Positions 19,711-29,730 of a DNA stretch of 64,000 nucleotides are shown one piece after another (positions within the stretch are counted from its first letter, which is position 1; each line of letters starts with the position of its first letter). The DNA comes from an uncultured bacterium (lineage in GTDB: Bacteria; Desulfobacterota; BSN033; UBA1163): positions 41,456-105,455 of the forward strand of contig CALLAL010000012.1 of assembly GCA_938002255.1 (NCBI GenBank). The letters are read 5' to 3'. The translations under genes and the position numbers were made by a program. The notes beneath the pieces are model-generated. The model was not told where the DNA came from, did no database searches, and saw nothing but the letters and a program-made list of their open reading frames with translations.

Positions 19711-20565
19711 ATGAAAAAATTTGACTACCTTAAACCCCAATCCTTGGAGGAAGTCCTTTCCCTGTTGAATCAATTTGGGACTAAGGCAAAATTAATTGGC
19801 GGGGGAACAGATGCGATTGTCATGCAACGGCAGAATAAAATCTCTCCTGATCTTTTTATCTCTCTTCGTGGAATTCCCGGTTTGGATCACATTGAGGGAA
19901 ATGGACTTCTGAAAATTGGAGCAATGGTCACGCACCGAGCCATCGAACAATCCCCTTTAATCAGGGAAAGATTTCCTCTCCTTTCAGAGGCTTCGGGTCT
20001 CCTCGGTTCAGTTCAAATACGGAATGTCGCAACCCTTGGGGGCAATCTCTGTACTGCATCGCCCTCTGCAGAAACGGCACCGCCCCTTCTGGTTTATGAG
20101 GCTGAGGTCCATCTCATCAGTCAGAAGGGAGAAAGAAGAATCCCACTCGAATCATTTTTTCTCGGTCCCGGTGAGACAGCCCTTGAACAGAAAGAGGTGC
20201 TGAAGGAAATCCTCCTCCAACCGCCTCCTCCCAATAGCAGGGGAGCCTATTTGAAATTGGGACGGCGAAAGGCAATGGATCTTGCTGTGGTCAATGTGGC
20301 TGTCCTCTTAACCCTCAATCCCAAAACAGGCATCTGTGAACGAGCTCGAATAGCCTTAGGAGCCGTCGCCCCTACTCCAATCAGAGTGAGAGAGGCTGAG
20401 AACATCATTGAGGGGAATCAGCTTAATGATGAATTGATTCGTAAAGCAGGAGAGATGGCCAAACACACCTGTTCACCTATTTCTGATATCCGGGCTTCAT
20501 CAGAATATCGGAGGGAGATGGTTGGCGTCCTCGTTGAAAAAGCCATCAGGCAGTCTTTAACATAA
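19711..20565 (+). CDS. Xanthine-dehydrogenase-family molybdenum hydroxylase, FAD-binding medium subunit (CoxM-like)
   Basis: FAD_binding_5 motifs (LIGGGTDAIV, ATLGGNLC), 284 aa. Confidence 0.85.
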   Translation: MKKFDYLKPQSLEEVLSLLNQFGTKAKLIGGGTDAIVMQRQNKISPDLFISLRGIPGLDHIEGNGLLKIGAMVTHRAIEQSPLIRERFPLLSEASGLLGSVQIRNVATLGGNLCTASPSAETAPPLLVYEAEVHLISQKGERRIPLESFFLGPGETALEQKEVLKEILLQPPPPNSRGAYLKLGRRKAMDLAVVNVAVLLTLNPKTGICERARIALGAVAPTPIRVREAENIIEGNQLNDELIRKAGEMAKHTCSPISDIRASSEYRREMVGVLVEKAIRQSLT

Positions 20566-20589
20566 CATTTTTGAAAGGAATATCGTACG

Positions 20590-21054
20590 ATGAAACAGAC
20601 CGTGCAATTTAAACTAAATGGGGAATCCATCCAGATCGAGGTAGAACCTCATCTCAGCCTCCTTCAAGTTATCAGAGAAAAGTTAGAACTGACGGGAACC
20701 AAAGAAGGCTGCGGGATGGGAGAATGTGGCGCCTGTACTGTGTTGGTGGATGGGAAAGCAATCAATTCCTGCCTTTTCCCGATTCTGGAGGTAGAGGGAA
20801 AGAGTGTTACAACGATTGAAGGACTGATTGAAGCCGATGGAACGCTCCATCCTCTTCAACGGTCTTTTGTCGAAAACGGAGCCGTTCAATGTGGCTTTTG
20901 TACCCCTGGAATGGTTCTTTCTGCCAAAGCCCTTCTGGATCAACATCCCAAGCCGACGGAGAAACAGATTCGTCTTGCCATCTCAGGAAATCTCTGTCGT
21001 TGCACTGGATATATTCAGATTATCCGGGCCATCCAGGCTGCCAGTGAACAATAG
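20590..21054 (+). CDS. Molybdenum hydroxylase (2Fe-2S)-binding small subunit (CoxS-like)
   Basis: Two [2Fe-2S] motifs CGMGECGAC and CGFCTPG; 154 aa. Confidence 0.9.
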   Translation: MKQTVQFKLNGESIQIEVEPHLSLLQVIREKLELTGTKEGCGMGECGACTVLVDGKAINSCLFPILEVEGKSVTTIEGLIEADGTLHPLQRSFVENGAVQCGFCTPGMVLSAKALLDQHPKPTEKQIRLAISGNLCRCTGYIQIIRAIQAASEQ

Positions 21055-21086
21055 CCGAAGACCATGTTAAGAAACGGAGGGGTAAG

Positions 21087-23384
21087 ATGACAGAGTTTAT
21101 TAATGTTGGGAAACGAATCCCCAAATCAGACGCCCAGGAAAAGGTCACTGGAAAAGCAATCTATATTCAGGATCTTAAAATTCCAGGGATGCTATGGGGA
21201 AAAATCCTTTACAGCCACCATCCCCATGCACGAATTTTGAACATTGATACCTCTGAAGCAGAAAAACTTCCGGGAGTAAAGGCCGTTCTCACAGGGTATA
21301 ATATACCCACGATCAAATTTGGTTTTTACAAAGATAATACTCCACTGAAATCGAATAAAGTGTGTTCCTATCGTGACGAAGTGGCAGCAGTAGCCGCCAT
21401 TGATCCAGACATCGCTGAGGAAGCAATCAATCTCATCAAAGTCGAATATGAACTCCTTCCTCCAGTCTTCGATCCAGAGGAAGCCATGAAGGAAGGGGCT
21501 CCTCTCATTCATGAAGATCATTTGGGCGGGAAGGAGAAAAAACCAACCAATATTCTCAATATCCCTTGGAAACTTGTGGCTGGAGATGTCGAAGAGGGTC
21601 GAAAAAATTCAGACTATGTGGCAGAGAACCGATTCAAAGTGACCTGGGTCACCCACTGCTGTATGGGAACAAGTGGTTGTATCGCTCAATTTGATCCCCG
21701 AGATAATCTTACCATTTACAGCAACACACAGATTCCTTCTCTTGCTCAGCGAGACTTTACAGAAGCCCTTTCCGCGATGGGGCTCCAAGGGAAGAAGGTC
21801 AGACTGATCAAAGCCACCATCGGTGGTGCCTTCGGGAGCAAACTGGACACCTACCCCTATGAATATATTGCTATTCTATTGGCACACCGTACGCGTAAGC
21901 CGGTCAAGATTATTTTTTCTCGGGAGGAGGAATTTTTTGCCACATCTCCCAGACAAGCGGCCATCATTGATATCGCCCAGGGATGTAAAAAGGATGGGAC
22001 CCTGACGTTTAGAGATGTCCGGATGGTTTTGGATAATGGTGCCTATACCTCCTGGGGAGCAACCACTCCTTCGGTAATGATGATGCCCATTTCTTCTCTT
22101 TATAAAGTTCCCCATGTACGATATGTAGCCAAATGTGTTTATACTAACAACACCTATTCCCAGGCATTTCGTGGTTATGGAAATCCTCAAGCCACCTTTG
22201 CTATCGAATCGCAAATCGATTCTCTTGCCGAAATGGCTGGGATTGATCCACTCGACTTCAGATTGAGAAATGCCAACACCCCTGGAGAAGTCACTCCCCA
22301 GCGATTCAAAGTTGGCACCTGTGGTTTAAGAGAATGCATCGATGCAGTGGCTCAGCGATTGGATTGGAGGCAAAATCGAGGGAAACGAGATGGAAGAGGG
22401 GTTGGAATGGCTTCCTTGATTCATGTTGGTGGAGGAGCGCGGGTCTATAAATCAGACGGATGTGGAACCATCATCAAAGTAGATGATTTCGGAACGGTCA
22501 ATGTGATTACCGGCGCTACGGACATGGGACAGGGAGCAGATACGGTCATTGCTCAGATTGTTGCAGAAGAGCTCGGCGTAAGAATCCAGGATGTGGTTGT
22601 GACACACACGGATACAGACATCTGCCCCTGGGATGTCGGAGCCCATGCCAGTCGAACGACCTTTGTGGCGGGGAACTCAGCAAAGATGGCTGCCAAAAAA
22701 GTGAAGGAACAACTTCTCGAAGTCGCTTCCAGATCTCTGGGTGAAGTCCCTGAAAATCTCGAGATTCGAGATCGAATGGTTTTTTCTAAAATCGATCCCG
22801 AGAAGAAATCTCCACTTGGAAAGGTTCTAAGAGCTGCACACTACACCACCGGCGGAAAGATGGTTATGGCGGAGTATTTTTACGATCCCCCTAACGAAAA
22901 CCTGGACAAAGAATTTAAGGGAAATCTTTCTGTGACCTATGCCTATGGGACGCACGGCGTTGAGGTGGAAGTAGATAAAACCACAGGGCAAGTCAACATC
23001 CTAAAATATATCGCTGCCCATGATGTTGGAAGAGCCGTTAATCCCATGCTTTTAGAAGGGCAGGTCTATGGCGGAGCAGCCATGGGAATCGGGTACGCAT
23101 TGATGGAACAGCTTGTCCTTAACAACGGAAAGGTGATCAATCCTGATTTCAGGGATTATAAAATCCTCACGGCTTCGGATATCCCAACTATCGAAGCCAT
23201 CACGATCGAAACGGACGACCCCTTTGGTCCTTTTGGAGCCAAAGGGATTGGAGAACCAGGTCTGGTTCCAACGGCCCCCGCCATTGCGAATGCCATTTAT
23301 GATGCCATCGGAGTGAGGATTAAGGATCTTCCCATCACCCCTGAAAAGATTTTGGCCGCCCTAAAAGGGAAAGATTCCAAATAA
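21087..23384 (+). CDS. Molybdenum hydroxylase molybdopterin-binding large subunit (CoxL-like)
   Basis: 765 aa with aldehyde oxidase / xanthine dehydrogenase a/b hammerhead and MoCo-binding domains. Confidence 0.9.
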   Translation: MTEFINVGKRIPKSDAQEKVTGKAIYIQDLKIPGMLWGKILYSHHPHARILNIDTSEAEKLPGVKAVLTGYNIPTIKFGFYKDNTPLKSNKVCSYRDEVAAVAAIDPDIAEEAINLIKVEYELLPPVFDPEEAMKEGAPLIHEDHLGGKEKKPTNILNIPWKLVAGDVEEGRKNSDYVAENRFKVTWVTHCCMGTSGCIAQFDPRDNLTIYSNTQIPSLAQRDFTEALSAMGLQGKKVRLIKATIGGAFGSKLDTYPYEYIAILLAHRTRKPVKIIFSREEEFFATSPRQAAIIDIAQGCKKDGTLTFRDVRMVLDNGAYTSWGATTPSVMMMPISSLYKVPHVRYVAKCVYTNNTYSQAFRGYGNPQATFAIESQIDSLAEMAGIDPLDFRLRNANTPGEVTPQRFKVGTCGLRECIDAVAQRLDWRQNRGKRDGRGVGMASLIHVGGGARVYKSDGCGTIIKVDDFGTVNVITGATDMGQGADTVIAQIVAEELGVRIQDVVVTHTDTDICPWDVGAHASRTTFVAGNSAKMAAKKVKEQLLEVASRSLGEVPENLEIRDRMVFSKIDPEKKSPLGKVLRAAHYTTGGKMVMAEYFYDPPNENLDKEFKGNLSVTYAYGTHGVEVEVDKTTGQVNILKYIAAHDVGRAVNPMLLEGQVYGGAAMGIGYALMEQLVLNNGKVINPDFRDYKILTASDIPTIEAITIETDDPFGPFGAKGIGEPGLVPTAPAIANAIYDAIGVRIKDLPITPEKILAALKGKDSK

Positions 23385-23692
23385 TAGGATTCGAGGAGCA
23401 AATGCTTCATTAAAAATATTACTCTTGAATCCGTACACCCTTGAATCCTTGAACCCACCCAATAGGTTTGCCCAAAATTGTTACTATTTGGGTATTATTG
23501 TCATAAATCTTCCTTTTTTACGCAATTAAACGATCTTTCAATAACGCCTTCCTTTAACAGAAAAAAGTAAAAAGAGCTTAAATATTGAAAAGATAGGACA
23601 TTTTCCAATGATTTAAGAAAATTAAAGAAAATTTGGAACAAAAATTGCTGTTTGCCCTTCTACCGGTCTTTTATTCAATCAAGGAAAAGAAG

Positions 23693-26600
23693 ATGAAAAA
23701 AGAGAATAAAGATACCCAATCTAAGAGAAAATCAGATTTAGATTCCCCTTTAAAAAAAGACGAACCCAAAGATCTAACCAACTATTCAGAATATGAAGAC
23801 ATTTATAAAAAACTTGTAGAATCATCCCTGCAGGGGATTATCATTGCCCAGGGCCTCCCGCCCCGCTTAGTCTATGCGAATCCTGCCATCTCAAAAATTC
23901 TTGGCTACACTCCCGATGAATTAACCTCTCTATCGATAGATGAAACCGATTCCCTCATCCATCCAGAGGACCGATACGAATTTTTTAAACGCTATCAAGA
24001 ACGTCTTGAGGGAAAACTCTCTTCTGCAAGCATTGTCTTTCGTGGAATTCGAAAAGACGGAAGTAGCATCTGGTTGGAGGGGACAGGAACCCGGATCGAA
24101 TATCAAAATCAACCGGCCGTCCTTGCCACCTTCATCGAAATCACAGAACGAAAACATGCAGAACAGCAACTGATCAAAAGAAGTCAATTTCAACAACTCA
24201 TCACGACCCTTTCCACAAACTTCATTAATATATCGTCGAAGGAGATCGATTCGGAAATTCACCGAACCCTTCAAAAGATTGGCGAATTTGCAGAGGTGGA
24301 TCGGAGTTACGTTTTCCTGTTTGCTGAAACCTTTGAAAAGATAAATAACACTCACGAATGGTGCGCTCCAGGTATTGAGCCACAAATCCAAAGACTTCAG
24401 CAGATTGAAATCGACCGGGAATTTCCGTTTTTTGCCAAAACCATCAAGAATCGAGAAGTCTTCCATGTTCCCCGGGTTGCAGAGCTCTCGGAAAACGCCA
24501 GAGCTGAAAAAAGGGAATTTGGACGTCAAAAGATCCAATCCCTGATTTGTGTGCCCATGGTCTGTCAGGATCAACTGATCGGGTTTCTTGGGTTAGATTC
24601 GGTCAGACGGGAGAAATCCTGGCCAGAAGATATCATCACTCTTCTCAAAACAGTTGGAGAAATGATCGGAAGTGCGATCGTTCGAAAACGGGCTGAAGAG
24701 GCATTACGAGCCAGTGAAGAAAGATATAAAACCATCATTGAAAGTATTGAGGATGGATATTTTGAAGTGAACCTTGCAGGGGATCTAACTTTTTTCAATG
24801 ATTCTCTTTGTCGGATATTGGGCTATTCACGGGAAGAAATGTTAGGCATGAGTAATCGGCAGTACACGGATGAAGAGAATCGCAAAAAATTATATGAAGC
24901 CTTTAATAAAGTCTATCGAACGGGACAGCCCACAAGAGCCTTTGCCTGGGAGATCATTCGTAAAGATGGGATGAAAAGGTTTGGAGAGGTTTCCATTACC
25001 CTGATGAAAAATTCAAAAGGAGAACCTATCGGATTTCGAGGCACAGCCCGCGATGTGACGGAACGAAAGAAGGCGGAACAAGAAATTCAACAAACCCTCT
25101 CTCTCTTAAACGCCACGTTGGAATCGACTGCCGATGGAATCCTTGTGGTTGATTTAAACGGTAAAATCGTCAGCTATAACCAGAAATTTGTCCAACTCTG
25201 GCATATCCCCGACTCGGTGATAGTCTCCCGAAACGAGGACCAAGCCCTTGCTTATGTATTAGATCAGTTGAAGGACCCAAACGGTTTTCTGGATAAGGTG
25301 AGGGCCCTTTATGCTCAACCAGAGGCTGAAAATTATGATGTGATTGAGTTTAAAGATGGGAGACGATTTGAGCGGTTTTCGACCCCTCATCGAATCGGTG
25401 ACCAGATTGTTGGACGGGTCTGGTGCTTTCGGGATGTGACAAATCACTTGCAAGCAGAGGAAGCCCTTGCCAGAAGTGAAGAGCGCTACCGAATGCTGGT
25501 GGAGGAGAGTTTTGATGGCATCTTTATCCAAAGAGGTGCCGAGATCATCTTCGCAAATCGTCGCCTTCATGAGATGCTGGGTTATGAGGAAGGGGAATTA
25601 TTAGGAATGAACCACTGGAGGGTCTATCACCCAAACTACCAGAGCCTAACGCGCAAAAGAGCAGAAGCCCGTTTGCGCGGAGAATCTCCTCCCTCCACCT
25701 ATGAAGTTAAATTCCAGCGAAAAGATGGGTCATCCTTCTGGGGAGAGATTAATGCTAAAGTCATACATTTTGTAGGAGGACCTGGAATTCAGGTCTGGGC
25801 AAGGGATATCAGTGAAAGAAAACTTGCAGAAGAGATACTCCAGGCTGAGAAGGAACGATTCCAGTCCTTATCAGAGGGTGCTCCTTTTGGGATGGTGATG
25901 ATCAGTCAAGATGGTCGATTCAAATACATGAATCCCAAATTTAAAGAGCTGTTTGGCTATGACCTCCGAGACATACCGGATGGAAAAACCTGGTTTAGAA
26001 AAGCCTACCCTGATCCAGACTACCGCCGTCAAGTTATCGGCACCTGGTTAACCGATCACACGGTTTCAAAACCAGGGGCAAAAGTGCCCCGAGTTTTTAC
26101 AGTCCGATGTAAAGATGGAACAGAAAAGATTATTAATTTCATATCGGTTTACCTTCAATCAGGCGAAACCCTTATGACTTGCGAGGATATCACCGAATTA
26201 AAACGGGCGGAGGAGGCATTGCGCCAGACTGAAGAACAACTGCGACATTCCCAGAAAATGGAAGCAGTGGGAAAACTGGCAGGGGGGGTCGCACACGACT
26301 TCAACAATTTGCTCACCGTGATCAAAGGCTATGCCGAACTCTCCTGTATCGGATTAGAAGAGAGTGATCCTTTGCGAATCAATCTTGAGGAAATACGAAA
26401 GGCATCCGAACGTGCCGCCAGTCTCACCCGGCAATTGTTAGCGTTTAGTCGAAGACAGATTCTTGATTTGAAGATCGTCAATCTGAATACCCTTTTAAAA
26501 GATCTTGATAAGATGCTCCATCGAATTATGGGTGAAGACATTGAACTGGTTTACCACCTTAGTCAAGACCTTGGAATGGTCAAAACCGACCCAGGCCAAA

Positions 26601-27382
26601 TGGAACAGGTCATTCTGAACCTTGCGGTGAATGCGAGAGATGCCATGCCCTCCGGAGGCAAATTGACGATCGAAACATTTAATGTGGAACTGGACGAGGC
26701 TTATTCGAAAAAACATATGGAAGTGACTCCTGGTCAGTATATCATGCTTTCCGTCAGCGACAGTGGGATTGGAATCTCGCCAGAGGTGAAGGACCGAATT
26801 TTTGATCCCTTCTTCACTACAAAAGAAAAAGGGAAAGGAACGGGGCTCGGACTCTCCATGGTCTATGGGATTGTCAAGCAAAGCGGAGGCAACATCTATG
26901 TTTATAGTGAGCCCGGCCATGGAACCACCTTTAAAATTTATCTCCCAAAAATTGAAGCAGAAGAAGAAAATCTCCAGCTTCAACCCGAATCAACGCGTAC
27001 TCTCCCAAAAGGAAACGAGAATATTCTTCTTGCAGAAGATGAAACATCGGTTCGGGAGTTGACCGCTCGCATCCTCCGAGAACATGGTTATCAAGTCTTT
27101 GAGGCCCAAAATGGGATGGATATCTTAAACTTTGTCAAAAGTCATCGAGAGAAAGAGTTTCACCTCCTGGTCACAGACGTGGTGATGCCTATCATGAGCG
27201 GCAAGGAACTTGAAAATCATCTAAAACCGCTCATCCCCGGCCTGAAGGTGATCTTTATTTCTGGTTATACAGACAATGCGATTGTCCACCATGGCGTGTT
27301 GATGGAGGGGGTGGAGTTTCTCCAGAAGCCTTTTACCCATCACACCCTTCTTAACAAAGTTCGCGAAGTACTCGACCGATGA
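23693..27382 (+). CDS. Multi-PAS/GAF hybrid sensor histidine kinase with C-terminal receiver domain
   Basis: Repeated PAS modules; HisKA H-box HDFNNLL; HATPase_c; C-terminal REC (ILLAEDE...VVMP); the ORF opens at 23633 but Met at 23693 has the better RBS. Confidence 0.8.
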   Translation: MKKENKDTQSKRKSDLDSPLKKDEPKDLTNYSEYEDIYKKLVESSLQGIIIAQGLPPRLVYANPAISKILGYTPDELTSLSIDETDSLIHPEDRYEFFKRYQERLEGKLSSASIVFRGIRKDGSSIWLEGTGTRIEYQNQPAVLATFIEITERKHAEQQLIKRSQFQQLITTLSTNFINISSKEIDSEIHRTLQKIGEFAEVDRSYVFLFAETFEKINNTHEWCAPGIEPQIQRLQQIEIDREFPFFAKTIKNREVFHVPRVAELSENARAEKREFGRQKIQSLICVPMVCQDQLIGFLGLDSVRREKSWPEDIITLLKTVGEMIGSAIVRKRAEEALRASEERYKTIIESIEDGYFEVNLAGDLTFFNDSLCRILGYSREEMLGMSNRQYTDEENRKKLYEAFNKVYRTGQPTRAFAWEIIRKDGMKRFGEVSITLMKNSKGEPIGFRGTARDVTERKKAEQEIQQTLSLLNATLESTADGILVVDLNGKIVSYNQKFVQLWHIPDSVIVSRNEDQALAYVLDQLKDPNGFLDKVRALYAQPEAENYDVIEFKDGRRFERFSTPHRIGDQIVGRVWCFRDVTNHLQAEEALARSEERYRMLVEESFDGIFIQRGAEIIFANRRLHEMLGYEEGELLGMNHWRVYHPNYQSLTRKRAEARLRGESPPSTYEVKFQRKDGSSFWGEINAKVIHFVGGPGIQVWARDISERKLAEEILQAEKERFQSLSEGAPFGMVMISQDGRFKYMNPKFKELFGYDLRDIPDGKTWFRKAYPDPDYRRQVIGTWLTDHTVSKPGAKVPRVFTVRCKDGTEKIINFISVYLQSGETLMTCEDITELKRAEEALRQTEEQLRHSQKMEAVGKLAGGVAHDFNNLLTVIKGYAELSCIGLEESDPLRINLEEIRKASERAASLTRQLLAFSRRQILDLKIVNLNTLLKDLDKMLHRIMGEDIELVYHLSQDLGMVKTDPGQMEQVILNLAVNARDAMPSGGKLTIETFNVELDEAYSKKHMEVTPGQYIMLSVSDSGIGISPEVKDRIFDPFFTTKEKGKGTGLGLSMVYGIVKQSGGNIYVYSEPGHGTTFKIYLPKIEAEEENLQLQPESTRTLPKGNENILLAEDETSVRELTARILREHGYQVFEAQNGMDILNFVKSHREKEFHLLVTDVVMPIMSGKELENHLKPLIPGLKVIFISGYTDNAIVHHGVLMEGVEFLQKPFTHHTLLNKVREVLDR

Positions 27383-27475
27383 CTTAGGGTGAGACGACAC
27401 GGGATGGCGATACCATTCGATACAGTTTGTGAAATGCTCTTCAGATCATTCGATTGTTAGACAGGGAGAAAAAAA

Positions 27476-27709
27476 ATGGATAAATATTCTCAACTTAGAA
27501 CATTTAACTCAGAACTCCGGACAAAGGAAATTATGACGCCTCGGGAAGCGGCAGACTATTTAAGCATTCATGTCCGAACGATCTACCGTTTGGCGAAGAA
27601 GGGTGAAATCCCGGGGAGAAAGATCGGTGGGAGTTGGAGATTTAAAAAGGAGGCTTTAGATCAGTGGCTTTCTGGCAAGGAGGGAACATCTCCGGAGGAA
27701 AAGCGGTAA
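27476..27709 (+). CDS. Excisionase-family (MerR-like) helix-turn-helix DNA-binding protein
   Basis: 77 aa; HTH_17 pattern [37 protein letters not shown]; its stop overlaps the start of the next gene (TAATG). Confidence 0.6.
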   Translation: MDKYSQLRTFNSELRTKEIMTPREAADYLSIHVRTIYRLAKKGEIPGRKIGGSWRFKKEALDQWLSGKEGTSPEEKR

Positions 27710-29268
27710 TGGAACATCGAGTGTTAGTGGTTGACGATGAGCGAGACATCCGGGACTTTCTCTTCAAAGCCCTGACCCGGATTGCTGGGTTTCAGGTTGA
27801 ACTGGCAGAGAACGGAGAGGATGCTCTTAGAAAGATTGAAAACGAAAGGTTTGACCTCATCCTGACAGATTTGAAGATGCCGGCAATGGATGGCCTTCAA
27901 CTGATTACCGAGATTTCAAGGAAGAAACCAGAAACGCTTACCGTTTTGATGACGGGGCATGGAACCATCGACTCAGCGATAGAGGCCATGAAGCAAGGGG
28001 CAAGCGATTACTTGACCAAACCCCTCAATTTGGATGAAATGATTCTTCGTCTTAAAAAAGTCCTCGATGAAAAACAACGGTTTGTTAGGCTCAAAGACTA
28101 TATTGATCAACTGGAGAAAGCCAATCAGGAGCTGAAGAAGATCGATGCGATGAAATCGGAATTTGTATCGGTGGCCTCCCACGAGTTAAGGACTCCTTTG
28201 GCAGCTATCAAAAATTCTATTCAACTAATTCTATCAGGTAAGACAGGAACGATCAATGAGACCCAGACAAAATTTCTTTCCATGGCCGAAAGAAACATCA
28301 ATCGTCTAACCAATATTTTAAATGATCTGCTGAGCCTCTCGAGGATTGAATCTGGGCGAATGGCACTTTCTTTTGAAAATATATCCTTGCAAACCATCAT
28401 CGAACCTACCCTCTCCTCCTTGAAACCCCAGGCCGATGGAAAATCGATCGCCCTTGAGGTGGACTACCCTGAAGGGCTTCCTCAGGTTTATGTGGACAAA
28501 GAAAAAATTGAACAGGTCCTCGTCAATTTGGTAGGAAATGCAATCAAATTCACTCCTGAAGGAGGAAAAATTTCCGTATCGGCAAAGCTCATTTCTGAAG
28601 AAAGAGAGGGAGGACCAGCAAGAAAGGTGGTGGTCTCCGTAAAAGATACAGGAATTGGAATCCCGCAAGAACACTTAAATTCCATCTTTGACAAATTCTA
28701 TCAGGTGGAAGGCTCTCTCCATCGCTCTGCAGGTGGAACGGGTCTTGGGCTTGCCATTACGAAGGGATTGGTCGAAGCCCATCAGGGAAAGATCTGGGTC
28801 GAAAGCGAGGTAGGAAAAGGAAGCACGTTTATCTTTACGCTTCCCATCGCTGAAGAAGAGAGGAGGGAGATTCCTCTGCGTTATCTTCTCGAAAAGGAAT
28901 TTCATCGCGCAAGCAAAAATGATCTTCCCTTATCCCTCTTTCTGATCGAATGGGCAAACTCAGGAAAAGGTTGGGAGGGAAAAGAATCTGATCAACTCGA
29001 AACACGAATCAAACGCTGTCTTTGTCGTAAAGGCGATTTCCTGCTCAGAATGAGACAGGCCCCTTTATGGGTGGCCCTATGCGAAGCGGATCAGAAAGGG
29101 GTTCAGGCCATTACGCAACGGATCAAAGAAGAACTACAAAAAGATCCGATCCAAGGACCTGAGGGACCCATGGTAGTGAAGATCGGAGCAGCCACTTTTC
29201 CACAAGAGGCTGTGACCAAAAGGGAACTTTTCAGAAAGGCGAAGGATCGGTTAAGGAGGGAAGCATGA
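27709..29268 (+). CDS. Hybrid response-regulator / histidine kinase with a degenerate GGDEF-like C-terminus
   Basis: N-terminal REC (VLVVDDERD...[10 protein letters not shown]), HisKA (SHELRTPL), HATPase_c, then a roughly 130-aa tail resembling the C-terminal half of a GGDEF domain without the GGDEF motif. Confidence 0.75.
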   Translation: MEHRVLVVDDERDIRDFLFKALTRIAGFQVELAENGEDALRKIENERFDLILTDLKMPAMDGLQLITEISRKKPETLTVLMTGHGTIDSAIEAMKQGASDYLTKPLNLDEMILRLKKVLDEKQRFVRLKDYIDQLEKANQELKKIDAMKSEFVSVASHELRTPLAAIKNSIQLILSGKTGTINETQTKFLSMAERNINRLTNILNDLLSLSRIESGRMALSFENISLQTIIEPTLSSLKPQADGKSIALEVDYPEGLPQVYVDKEKIEQVLVNLVGNAIKFTPEGGKISVSAKLISEEREGGPARKVVVSVKDTGIGIPQEHLNSIFDKFYQVEGSLHRSAGGTGLGLAITKGLVEAHQGKIWVESEVGKGSTFIFTLPIAEEERREIPLRYLLEKEFHRASKNDLPLSLFLIEWANSGKGWEGKESDQLETRIKRCLCRKGDFLLRMRQAPLWVALCEADQKGVQAITQRIKEELQKDPIQGPEGPMVVKIGAATFPQEAVTKRELFRKAKDRLRREA

Positions 29269-29636
29269 GCCATAAGAGGATTCTGGTGGTTGACGATGAA
29301 GTTGATCTGGTGGAAACGATCCGTTTCTCTCTCGAACTGGAGGGATTTGAAATTCTTGTAGCCTACAATGGTGAAGAGGCCTTGAATCAGGCAAGGAAGG
29401 AGAAACCCGACTTGATTCTCCTTGACCTCATGTTGCCCAAACTGGATGGATACAAGGTCTGCCGACTCTTAAAGTTTGACGAGCGATACAAACATATTCC
29501 GATCCTGATGTTGACCGCTAAGTCCCAGGATAAGGACAAGACCATTGGATTGGAAACTGGAGCGAACGAATACATTACAAAACCCTTTGACATGGATGAC
29601 CTTATGAAGAAAGTAAAGCATTATCTTGGTCAATAA
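29265..29636 (+). CDS. Single-domain CheY-like response regulator
   Basis: 123-aa REC domain (ILVVDDE...[10 protein letters not shown]...KP). Confidence 0.85.
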   Translation: MSHKRILVVDDEVDLVETIRFSLELEGFEILVAYNGEEALNQARKEKPDLILLDLMLPKLDGYKVCRLLKFDERYKHIPILMLTAKSQDKDKTIGLETGANEYITKPFDMDDLMKKVKHYLGQ

Positions 29637-29730
29637 AAAGGATTCCATGGGGCAACGAAAGATTTCAAAAAATGGTTGAACCCATGACCCCCTCGGAAAT
29701 AGAACGTTTAAACGTTTAAGGAATAAGCCG

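Noticed and set aside
19711-23384. 4-Hydroxybenzoyl-CoA reductase (HcrCAB) identity for the molybdenum hydroxylase
   Set aside because: As I recall, the FAD subunit of Hcr carries an approximately 40-aa insert with four extra Cys for a [4Fe-4S] cluster. The FAD subunit here is 284 aa, the size of CoxM, with no such Cys-rich insert.
23930-26983. Antisense ORFs of 214 aa (23930-24574) and 162 aa (26495-26983) within the multi-PAS kinase
   Set aside because: They are fully embedded antisense to a 1249-aa ORF with clear domain structure. There is no independent signal and the composition is that of reverse-strand translation.
27476-27709. The excisionase-family HTH gene as a marker of a prophage or integrative element
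   Set aside because: No integrase, recombinase, att-like repeats, tRNA or phage genes are nearby. It is translationally coupled to a response-regulator kinase, so a regulatory role is more likely.
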